The notes below the pieces were generated by a model. It ran no database searches. It had not been told where the DNA came from and worked only from the letters and a program-made list of their open reading frames with translations. Shown here piece by piece: positions 13,872 through 25,394 of a DNA stretch of 64,000 nt. Both the position numbers and the translations under genes were made by a program. Origin of the DNA: Nymphaea colorata (Eukaryota); assembly GCF_008831285.2 (NCBI RefSeq), contig NC_045138.2:20832001-20896000 (forward strand), given 5' to 3'. How positions within the stretch are numbered: the first letter of the stretch is position 1; each line of letters begins with the position of its first letter.

Positions 13872-14440
13872 CTCAAACCGAACCAAAAACCTTTGACGAG
13901 ACCAACAAGGACAGCAGATGGAGACAAGCTATGAAAGAAGAACTTACTACATTGCAAAAAAATCAAACTTGGGATCTTGTACCTCTCCCTCAAGGAAAGA
14001 AAGTGGTTGGATGCAAGTGGGTGTATAAAATAAAGTTTAAAAGTGATGGGACTATGGAACGATTTAAGGCTTGTTTGGTAGGAAAGGGTTTCATGCAGAC
14101 TGAAGGAATAGATTACAAAGAAACATTCTCTCTAATCGCCAAAATGAATACTATCAGAATTTTGCTTTCTATTGCAACTAATAAAAGGTGGGATCTAATG
14201 CAGCTTGATTATAAGAATGCTTTCTTGCATGGAGAACTTAATGAAGAAGTGTATATGGAAGTCCCACAGGGTGTTCCAAACCAAAACAGGTATGTTTGTA
14301 AGTTAAAAAAGGCTTTATATAAGCCAAAACAATCTCTTCGTGCTTGGTTCTCTCGTTAAAGTGATGTTTTTACCCAGATTGGTTTTAAAAGGAGTTTTGT
14401 AGATTACACCATGTTCTCTTGGATACAATGTTTTTTTAAC
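13872..14440 (+). mobile_element. Ty1/copia RT fragment joined to the last ~27 bp of a 3' LTR; duplicate of part of the 48057-54309 element
   Basis: EPKTFDE...WVYKIKFKSDG...[13 protein letters not shown]...LKKALY. Aligns to 52399-52957, then jumps to TTCTCTTGGATACAATGTTTTTTTAAC (54282-54308). Confidence 0.9.
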
Positions 14441-17400
14441 GCTTTCTTGCATTGACTTAATTTATTATCTTCGACATGATAGTCAAGGGTCTTTTAGCAG
14501 CATAATCACTTTGTGAGTGCTTCATGAGTTTACTTTAAGCATAAAAGAATAGATTTAGTATTGTATGAACTTGTAATAAATTTTAGAAACATTTAGGAGG
14601 CACTCACAACAAGATTTCTCTGTTGCCACATGACCTGACATTAATCACTTATTAATGTGATAGAAGATCAATTGAATGAGTCGATGACTCACCTCTTATT
14701 AATTGAGTCTGGTTAAATGGTCGGTGGAAAACTGGATGCGTCCAGCCACCTTTAGGACATGTGGCCTCCAAAACCATATGCCACCAGAATGATGTAAAAG
14801 TGCCCATGACCCACCATGGGATCCATGTTGGCCCACATGTGATCGGGAGTTCCACACGTCGAGCACCCACTCCCTCCCAATACCGAGAGAGCTCACTTTG
14901 GTCAACAGGTAGTCATCGTTCAGCAACTTTGCAAATTATTACAAGAAGGTTTTGGAGAAGACCAACTGGTCCAAATGTATTTAATAATGTCAGTTGATCA
15001 TTACTCCAGCAGTAAAGAGTTTTAAGTGATGGGATTCACTTTCTTACTAACTCATGCCACTTGGGGTCTGATAGATCGTCCTCACTTGCTTTCCCTCCCT
15101 ATTGCCATCGATTACAGTAGCAGAAGCTTCCAGCTTGTATCTTTTGAAAAATAGATCCACTGGGGGAGCCACCCCACCACATTCCGGCCGTGACAGATTT
15201 TCCTTCCCTCCCACCGATTTGGTTCTGATCATCATATCTCCGACCACTGCTATCCACGTCCTTTCTCCGGTCAGATTGTCTTGCCGGAAAAGGAAATGGA
15301 ATGGCTTCGGAATTGGGTTTGCAAAAAGGGGCCGTCAGGATTTGGTGCTTGTTCTACTGCGGAGCAAGTTACAGAGGGAATCGATGCTTTCAACATCACC
15401 GCCATTGTCACAGGTCTCTGTTCTCTCTTTCATACCTTTTTCATGCTCTGTATTTGTTCTTTAGGAGGTAGAAGTTTTGTTGGAGTTCTCACAGAGGGAA
15501 AAGAACCATATGCATTAGTAATCGAGCACAGGAAAAAGATAAAGAAACAAACAGGGTATGAGTAATCAAGCATAGATAAAAGGTCTTGTTTAGCTAATTC
15601 TTCTTCTTCTTCTTCAATTCATGAAATCGTGCAGGGGCTACCAGTGGGATCGGCATGGAGACTGCGAGAGTTCTTGCACTGAGGGGAGCGACTGTGATCA
15701 TCCCTGCAAGGAGCAAGGAGAGTGGGGAGAAGGTGAAGGAGAAGATTGTGGAGCAAGTGGCGGATGCCAAGATCGAAGTGATGGAGCTGGACCTCAGCTC
15801 CCTCGCCTCCGTCAGATCATTCGCCGCTGCTTTCCTCTCCTCAAACAAACCCCTCAACCTTCTCATGTACGTAGATCGACCCACCCCTCTTTAATGCTTC
15901 TTTTGCTTATTTATGGTTGATCGACAGCATCAGATTCTCCCTTTTAGCATTGCGCAAGAAATTATTCTCTTTTGTTGTCCATAAAAATGAACGCCTTTTT
16001 GCTATAAAGTCATAAACACAGCCTTTGTTAGTACTAATTTAGATTTAACAAGGAAGGCTCTTTCACTCTCTCTCTCTCTTTCTCTCTCTCTACGTATATA
16101 TGTCGTTCTCCAAGTTTTGAAACACATTTCTTGTGCATAACCTCTCAGGAAAAATGAACAATTTCTTCTTCTAACAGAAACAATGCAGGCATTTTTGGAT
16201 GTCCCTTCCAGCTTTCTGAAGATGGTATAGAGCTACAATTTGCCACAAATCACATCGGTAAGCATGTATTATATTAAGTTTTTAACCCTTCTCTGATTCC
16301 CTCCCCCCCCTTATGAGTCTCCTCCTTCACTTTTATTCTTCGGTTTTCATAAAATACCACAGAATTGGTGTACTACCTTAGCTCCCTTTAATCACGAAGA
16401 AGCCTCCTACTTTATATATCGTTCGTTTGTACGTAGATTTATTAGTCTACCTTCTTGCTTTTGCAAAAAGTAATTATGTTTTTTCAAATATAAAATTCTC
16501 ATGAGCAACAATACGCTAATCTTGGATAGCTATCTAACAAAAGCCATCCATTTGAAGCAGATAGATAGTTGTAAGAAAACCAAAAAGAAAAGTATAACCA
16601 ATTATTAGAGGATAAAAATGATCATCACCTTTTTCTTCATGTTTTGCCTTCTTTAACCTTCCATCATGTTGGAACGGATTGATTTGATTAGATGCATGGG
16701 TAACTTTGAAAAGTTACATTCACCATTATATAAAACTTTAATTGAAGCACTTTACAAATTTGAAACCAAGTGTCCTTTCATTTTCAAGTGAATAAGAGGG
16801 TGATTAAGAAAGTGAATGTAGGTCATTTCTTGTTGACAAATCTTCTGCTGGACAAGATGAAAGCCACTGGTCGAGAGAGCGGAACAGAAGGAAGAATTGT
16901 GATTGTGGCACCGCATACCCATAGCACAACATACAAATCTGGCATTCGATTCGAAAATATCAATAATCCTTCAGGGTGCCTCTCCGTCTCTCTCACTTGT
17001 AATATGTATGTGAGTGTGAGCGAGAGAGAGAGATCAAGAACCCTTGAGGGTCTCTCTCTCTCTCTCCTGCTCTCATCTCTCTCTCTCAGGTGTAAGTATA
17101 TATGTGTGTGTTATGGGGAGGGGTTGGCACCCCTACGATATTGAAAAAACTAAAAATCTTGCTATAGTTTTAAAATTTTTAAGTCTCCCCTTACAAAAAT
17201 TTTAAAAATTTTCATTCAGCCCCAGTCAAAAAGTTTGAAAAATACTATACTGTGCCCCCCAAGAAAATTCGAGTTCTGAATTCGAGTTCTGTCCCATAGA
17301 AAGAGCAAAAAATTGAGGAGGCATTTAGAAGACACCTCAAAAACAATGTTTAGAGGTAAAAAATGGTTTTCTTTGAAAACTTCATTTCAGGTGCATTTGG

Positions 17401-17942
17401 ATGATAGCAAAACCGAGTTTTGCCAAAAATCATGTTCAGAAAAAGCTGTTTTTTTTTTCTCTCTCGAAAGGGAGCGAATAAATGAAGTTTTGGTCTAATT
17501 ACCTAAACACACAAACTGATTAAAAACCATCTTTTTTAGTGTCATCCAAACACTGCTTGTTTGCGTGGGATTTTGTTTCTTGAGAAAAAGATGGATTTGA
17601 TTCGTTATTTTGAGATGCTTTTGTTTGTGATAGGTACGGGCGATTTAAAGCTTACGGGCAGTTCAAGCTCGCTAACATTCTTCATGCAAAAGAACTTGCT
17701 CGACGCCTACAGGCAAGTAGACCAATGTCTCCCTGGAAAGAGGCCACATGAAAAGTTCATCGCTGAAAAGATCCCCATGCTTAAGCCATGCATAACCGAA
17801 GCAACTACTTAGTAGACTAGCAATAGTACTTCGATACATCGAAAGAATATAAAAGAAATTTGTATTTATATGTGATCATGTTATCTTGGTTTATATTTAT
17901 AATGCCGATAAGCCTCGCAATCATGGTGACTAAACTCTTGAC

Positions 17943-18033
17943 CTCGTTCAACTTGAAGTTCTTAAGTCCAAATATTTAGCTTCTCAAATCGAGCTCGTTC
18001 AACTTGAAGTTCTCAAGTCCAAATATTTAGCTT
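17943..18033. repeat. 51-bp-period tandem duplication in copy A intron 5
   Basis: CTCGTTCAACTTGAAGTTCT(T/C)AAGTCCAAATATTTAGCTT occurs at 17943 and 17994; copy D has a single unit. Confidence 0.85.
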
Positions 18034-18488
18034 TTGTCAGTCAAATTGTTTTATGAATGTTGGATCTCTCTTTTTCTCTCTCTAGGGTGAATGATCAAAG
18101 GTGACGGCCAACTCTCTGCATCCAGGAAATATTCCGACAAACATAATTCGGTACTGCATCAAAAAATTAGGTAACATGCCTTATGCACCTCTTCTTCCTA
18201 TCTACGGTTTTGCCCAGCAAATTGCACTTAAAATCGATTGTTCTTCAGCTCCTCTCGCAGCCGACGTCGCTGATTATGTTCTCTGTCCCTTCTTGAAGAA
18301 TGCCCAACAGGTACAAATACTTGACACTTCTTTTCTGCTTTCAACTTCATATATATTGCACAACGTCACAGGAATCAAGTTTAATGAACCAAACCAACAC
18401 CAAATACTTGTATATTCACTATTTCAAAGTCCCAAACTAAATGGATTGAGGTCAGGATGCTTTGATGATTCTCTTCTTATGTTTCTTC

Positions 18489-19223
18489 TAGGCCGGGCAC
18501 CAGCCGGTACCCAATACTCAGCCCGACCCAGGCTCGGGTCTAGTTATTGTAGAAGTGGTTTGAGGCCTGCATGATCAGACCTGGCCCGGCCCGGCGGGCC
18601 GGGTATCGGGCATTTGGTGCGGCCCATCACGGGACGTTAAGCCCGGAAATTTTTTAATTTTTAATTTTTAAATATATTTTGAAGTTTGTTTCCTAAGTTA
18701 GGGTTTTGAACTTTCAAAAATTGAAAGTTCGCTTTAGTCTTCATTTTCTTCCTTCACTGTCGCTGCACCACTGCCCGTTGCCATCGCCGTCTCACCTGGC
18801 TGCATCGCCTTCACCGCACCTCGGGCTGTGCCTAGCACGCCATCACCGATTCGTAGCCTCTTGTTCTAAATCAAAACTGTTTGTCGCCACCTTGCTACCG
18901 CTTCACCTAAGGACTCATCGATTCCATTGCCACGACTCTCTCCCTTCTTTCTCTCTCCCTCTCTAGTTGGTTCTTCTCTATGCGTGAATCGATGACATGA
19001 TGGGGAAGGTCAAATGGTGGTTGAAGAGCCTCTTGGGTTTAACCGGTCTGAGCATGAAGCGGTGGAGGAATGGTGTTTGGCAGAAGTGATGCGACTGAGG
19101 CTGCAAAAACTGGATGAAAACTGGATGGGCGTCCAGCATTCTTATCATGGACCGGTACCCGGACTGGTCTGACCGTTAATAGTCGGGCCGGGTAGCGAGC
19201 TAATCCGATCCAGGCCCAAGCAA
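18489..19223. mobile_element. GC-rich hAT-type MITE in copy A intron 7
   Basis: Starts TAGGCCGGGCACC with GGCCCGG-rich ends, like 29017-29772. The same insertion point is present in copy D at 58918. Right end approximate and TSD not resolved. Confidence 0.65.
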
Positions 19224-20778
19224 TGTACTACACTTCTGTAGCAACCATTTCTATTATTAGATTAAGCTTGTACTTTTAGTTTCAATCCAAAACAAGACTA
19301 AGAACCAAGACAACATGTTCATGTCACTTAAATACCATCTTATAACATAATCTTTAATAAGAAACTAAACTTTTCAAAACCGGTATTACAATGGATCATA
19401 TGAAGCCGAACCACCATCCGAAGGGAGTGAGTTGCATGCATGCAACCTAAGAGCATTGATGACGTTTTGATATTTTTTTAAAAAAGAATGTTTTTTCAAA
19501 ATTTTTTCCCTTTTTTATAAATCAAAAATTACTTTTAGCATGTAATGCAAATATTGACGTTCCTATTCTCTTATTACTCTTGAATGCTTTTCCCGTTTCA
19601 TAGTCAAAATACCTATCTTGCATATTAATTAGAAAGTTCGTCAACCTACAGGAATTTGAGAATACTAAAATATGTAAACATGATAGAGAAGTTGGTTTAT
19701 GAAAGTAAAAGTCCTCTACTAATTTAAACCTCCTAAATTGTTCATTAGAATGTTTGAAAAAACCTAAAAAGGAAATTTAAGAAATCCTAGAAAAAGAAAT
19801 GATATTTTCGGGATATTTATATTTTGGGGATCTGCATTTTTTTGTTTCACTTGTTTTTAGCATTGTTCTTACTGTCACTGTTGTATTTGCTAATGTATAG
19901 CTCATTCACAGCAACCATTTCTCCTTCATGTGCGAAGTAGTAACATATCACTCAAATTTTCTAATATCCTCTAAGATCTAGTGATCAAAATCTGACACAG
20001 ACCCAAATTTCAAAAGTGTGAATAAATTTCAGGGGGCAGCAACGACCTGTTATCTGGCTCTCCACCCATCAGTGATTGCAACGAGAACCAGCCAACAGCT
20101 TTTGGCAGGGACGCCGATCTAGCAAAGAGGCTTTGGGAGTTCAGTGAAGAAATGATAAGCACAAAGCTTCCACAGCAACAGTTTCCAATCCCACAATCAC
20201 CTGATTACCGGCCATGAAATAATTCACAGAGAATGGAATCGGAAATCGCTTTTAGTTCTTTCACATCTCAGGTCATCCTTCAATTCCCAGACCATCAAGA
20301 AAATTTTGCTTTCATATGAAGACATTAAGTGTTCGATCTAGAGACAAGCTGAACGCAAGGTCATGCAAACAGGTTTAAGATAGCAGATCAAAGGTGATAT
20401 TATAATCGTGCTTTGTCAAACTCTTAATTGGGTATAAACAATTTACGTAACTGGTTTGATTAAGTGAACCGCACAGTGGCAATCTCGGTGGAATTTGATG
20501 AAAACAGATGATGGTGTACTAGCAACTTCTACCATTGGCCATGACCTTGAGGATGAAAGCTTTGTCCGTGTGAAGAATTTCGGGACAGTGTCGTCATAGA
20601 AATGGAAGAGAACGAAACAGATTTCTTCCATTCTTTTCTTAAGTTAGTGAGGACATGTCGTGTTGCACTTACTTTAAAGAAAGTGGGAAGAAATGCTAAA
20701 AAGAAGGCAAAGTCATGAAGAGGATAACATGCAAACGTTGACAGGCACAACACTATGTATCATAGGTCCAACGAAGCT

Positions 20779-20782
<4 letters not shown>

Positions 20783-20827
<45 letters not shown>
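20783..20827. repeat. (GA)n microsatellite
   Basis: About 22 GA units. Confidence 0.95.
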
Positions 20828-20830
<3 letters not shown>

Positions 20831-21441
20831 AACAGGTCAGCAAGAGACATGAACAAATTATCAGACCCTTGCCAAATGGATCTTGAACTCTTCAGAACAT
20901 ATTAAAGGAAAAAGTCAAAAAATTAATCTAGTTCACCTTACATAAATCTGAACTACATAACATTTTGCCATGCTAAGACACAATCAGTCGTGGCAAAACT
21001 AGCAGCAGCAGTATCCGATTCTGTGATATCCAGTTTGTTCAGGAGGGAGTGAAAAACCCGGTTTTGTAAAAGGGGAGTGAAAAACCTGATCTCCTTTAGG
21101 TTATTTAAAAACCACGTTTTGAATCTACCACCCAAACAAAAACATGACTTTGTGGCTGGGTCGAACGCACCACAAAAAGTTAGACTCATTTTTTCGTAAT
21201 CGTAACATTTTTTCATAATAATAACTAAAAATTCGTTCGTGGTTATGTGCACACTCCCGTGCATGTTTGTTCGTGCGGCAGGAGAATGAAATGACAAAAA
21301 TGCCCCTATTAAAATTTTAAAAAACCTTTTTAAAGGGGTAAAAAAGGATAGTGAAAGAAGAAAAAGTCCAACCTCTAAATGAAAGCTACTCCCAAGAATA
21401 GGATGAATAATATGAAAAAAGTGAAACACCCTTTCGAAAAA

Positions 21442-23473
21442 CAAAATAGCAAACAACGAGGACTTGGTGCATGCTAGACCACTTTTAGGTGTGGACAAAA
21501 AAACCAGACGTCTTACTTAAAGATATAATGAACACATATTAAGTGAATTGACTTTTGAGTTCGAATATATTTTCTTAATTCATAAAAAATTATTGGCTCT
21601 TATAATACCGCCATTTTTTATAATATGTAAAAAAGAGAATGTCTTTCACGATAACAAATTCAATTGAGGCACGCTGTACACCAAACTAGTATTCACAAAC
21701 GTGTTAACATGCTTATATTTTGTTTAAAATACTTTTCAACAAGAATATATCAATTCATAATCCTAGGTGAGTTTCAAACATGCATATTCGTTATGGAAAA
21801 AGCATGGTAGACACTGATTGGCAGAGCTCCCTTTCAACCTATAATTCTTTTTAAAATATAGAACCATACTTTTGGTGCTTTAGAGTATTGTATCTACTGC
21901 GCTTCAACCTGCATGTCGGTGACTCCTTTGTTTCTTTTTTTCAACATATAAAGTTAATACCCCTGACACTTGAAGAACACATCCGCTGCCCACCAACTCA
22001 CTCCAAGTTGTTGCGCAAATGGTTGGGGACGAATATGCACCCTTCAAATTTCTTCTCTTTTGTCTCCATTAATATATGTGCCATTCTCAAAGTTTTGGAA
22101 CGCATTTCCTGAACGTTGGCCTCTCATACAAATATGAATAATTTCTCATTCTTCTTCTAACAGAAACAATGCAGGCATTTTTGGATGTCCCTTCCTGCTT
22201 TCTGAAGATGGGACAGAGCTACCATTTGCCATTAAATACAATGATAAGCATGGATTATGTTAAACCTTCCTCATTTAGTCATTTATGACTTTCCTCCTTT
22301 ACATTTAATTCGTTTTTAATTCACAAAATAAGAAATGGTGTGCTACCTTGGCTCTTTTTTAACACAAAAAATTCCTGCTACTTTCCGTATGGTACTTTAT
22401 CAGTCTACCTTACTTTTCCCAATATACCGATCTCGTGGGCAACAATATATCAAGTTGGATATCTTGGGCAAGAACATATATATATATATATATATATAAA
22501 GTAGTAGGTTTTAGACACTTAGATACCAAACGGATGAAAAACAATCTTAACCATTTTTAAATTAATAGTTGAGAATAGAAAAACGACAAGAAAAAAGTGT
22601 GAACTGACCAAGCACTTTTTTTCTCTTTGTTTTTTCTAAGTCTCAACCATCAATATGAGAAAAATAGGGCTGAGATTGTTTCTAATTATCCGCTTAGCAT
22701 CCAGCACTGTGTGTTGAATGTTAGCAGAAATTCAACAATTTATTGCTAAAAAAAGTCACCAGATTGACATTAGCCACAATTTATAGTGAAGCCACAGTTG
22801 ATGGTGCTTCAACAATGATTTATAGTCTTATAGTAACCAATTTTGAATTTCAGCCACATATATATAACTCACTTCAAATTTTTAATCAATTGAAAGAAGC
22901 TAAGGAATGAAAGAAAGTGGATGCAGGGCATTTCTTGCCCACAAATCTTCTTCTGGAGAAGATGAAAGCCACTGCTGGGGAGAGCGGAATAGAAGGAAGA
23001 ATTGTGATTGTGGCCTCAGCAGCCCATAGCAGGACATACAAATCTGCCATTCGATGAGAGATGATCAATAATCCTTCATGCAAAAGAACTTGCTCGACGC
23101 CTACAGGCAAGTAGACTGATTACCATCAGGAGAGAAGCCACTTGAAAGGTTAATTACTGAAAAAATCCCCATGTAGGGCATACAACGACTTAAATCGAGT
23201 TAATATAGTTGACAAGATGCTTATGCCATGCAGAACTGAAGCAACGACTTAGTAGACCAACAATAATATTCTAAATCTCGAAAGAATATAAAAGAAATTT
23301 ATATTTATATATGATCATGTCATCTTGGTTTATATTTATGATGCCAATAAAGCCACAATCAACGTAATTAATCTCTTGACCACGTTCAACTTGAACACTC
23401 TTTAAGTCCAACTATTTATCTCTGGGAATCGAGCTTTTGTCGGTCAAATTGTTTCATGAAGAATGCCCAACAG
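21442..23473 (+). pseudogene. Internal fragment of a TIC32-like SDR (intron 2 to exon 7, with deletions)
   Basis: Intron-2 sequence aligns to copy B from ~26996. Exon 3 (22164-22243) has its donor mutated to AT. Exon 4 starts at 22927 and has a TGA at 23055-23057, then is fused to the end of exon 5. Intron 5 is fused to the end of exon 7 (AAGAATGCCCAACAG, ends 23473). Confidence 0.88.
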
Positions 23474-25394
23474 GTAGCTGTTACTATAGAAAAATTACAT
23501 CAAGGACAAATATATAACTTATTTAAACCGAAATCAATTTGGAGAAAACATTCAAACCTTCAAGTTTGATCAATGCAATCCCTTACTAACAAGGGAGTGT
23601 TTAAAGAGAGGTTGCTTCAAGCTCCTTATGGCATACTTCTTTGTTGGTGTTCTTTTTTTATTTACGGACACCATACTTGGGCAGCCATTGTGGCTCGTCC
23701 TTGGTGGAGACTTGCTTGTTGATTAACCTTTGTTTTATAGTATATATTGTTTGAATAGAGCATGAATCATGAATTCATTGATTACGCACTCATGTTTAAG
23801 TATATGTAATTCTAATTTCATTGGAAGTATGTCTCAACCAAAACTATGACGATTTGAATTAATAGGGATATGAGTAAAAAATCAGAGGCAGAAAAAAAAA
23901 GATGTTGAAAAAGAGAACCTACCAGATGGAGAGAAACAACCCTAATTAGGCACCTCATAAGATCGAGAAACTCTCAGTAATAAATAGAAAAATCTAAACC
24001 AATAATCACCTACAAAAATATTTCGCTATCCAAATTTGATGAAATGGAAGTCCATGGTGATCCATATCATGTATTACCCTTCTCATGAAATGAAATGTAG
24101 TAGCGTTTCTCTTGTCTGATAACTAAAAGCTTTATTTGATTTGCATTTTTACCGAAAGTCATCGCAATTTTAGCACTAAAGAAACCATGGGATAAAATGA
24201 TGCACAAGGTTCGGAATGACAATATTTTAGGAAACAGGTTTTGCTTTTTTTTCCTCTTGCTACTGCCTGAAGAAGGGCAAAGCCATCTCCCATACCCTCG
24301 AAGTTTAGGACTACTTTAAGACCTGAGTGGACCTACGGCATATCCATTAATTAGAGTGTCACACTATCACTATTTGCAGTCTAGATGAATAGCGCCTACC
24401 AAAATCGAACTGACGATCAGGTTCTCATCAGCCTGCCAATCCGACGAGATATGCTACGTCCCTTATGGCAACAATGCAATGTGAATATTTGAAAATCACG
24501 CTTCGTGAATGTTTTCCACTAATCTAATGCTTCGATATTCAGAATAAAGGCTAAAGCATATAATTCAACTTCACTTAAAGAGGCACACAATCATCACTAT
24601 TATTAGCAGTGACGTTAATGATACAGATACAGATTAGTAAGGTGGCTAATTTCAAAATTTTGGTATTAATTGGTCCCCTGTTAGAAGGTCACATGCATGA
24701 GAAGTAAGTGTGTGTGTGTGCACACATAGATAACGAGAGACAAGGAAAAGTAGATATATAAACAAAAATCGGTTATACAAGATATTTTTAGAATCATGGT
24801 CAGATATGTATAATTGACTAAACATTGAGCTTTTGAGGGGATTTTTTTTTTTCATATGGATTGAACCAAAGATATATTCATATATTTCATGACAGCCAAT
24901 GAAAGCGGTAGGTTAATACGCTAGACTAGTAAAGGTGGAGTTGTTCACCGCAATTTAGTATCTTAGGTTCCTTTATATTAGGTTCCTTTGTATCATGCAA
25001 GCAAGGATGTTCAACGATCCCAAGTCAGGCTCGATTCGAACTTGTCCCGTTAAACTCGACTCAAAGCTAGACTTGTTTATAAACTAATTCAATTTGAGCA
25101 TAAAAATGAACTGGTTTAAGAAAATGAGCAAAGCTAGATCTAGTCAAACTTGCGCTCGACTTGTTTATAAATTAATGGAGTTATAAAATTGAACTCGAAG
25201 CCCGAGGTAGTCAAACTTGCCTCTGAGCTTTATTAAAATAATGGATACTGAAGTTAGAAAAGGCGTTTCAGTACCAAAAAAAAAAAAAAAACGATTGGAT
25301 GTCCCAATTTATTTCCTTCGCTCCCACCAATTTCGTTCTGATCATCAAATCTCTGATCACTGCTACCTACCGCATTTTCTTGCCGGAAAAGGAA

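Larger units (their letters stand above)
15296..20181 (+). pseudogene. TIC32-like SDR, copy A (probable pseudogene)
   Basis: Exons 15296-15413, 15635-15866, 16178-16257, 16822-16975, 17634-17712, 18086-18170, 18249-18310, 20033-20181 with TGATSGIG, NNAG and YGQFK motifs. Lesions: in-frame TGA at 18092-18094, a 28-bp frameshifting deletion in exon 8 (~20068), normal stop changed to CAG, and Pro at the catalytic-Ser region (IVIVAPH). Confidence 0.9.

Noticed and set aside
13679..14359. 226-aa ORF with a novel Pro-rich N-terminus fused to RT
   Set aside because: Chance read-through from a GC-rich MITE into a copia fragment.
15594..15884. Conserved antisense ORFs over exon 2 in all SDR copies
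   Set aside because: Shadow frames of a conserved GC-rich exon with no independent evidence.
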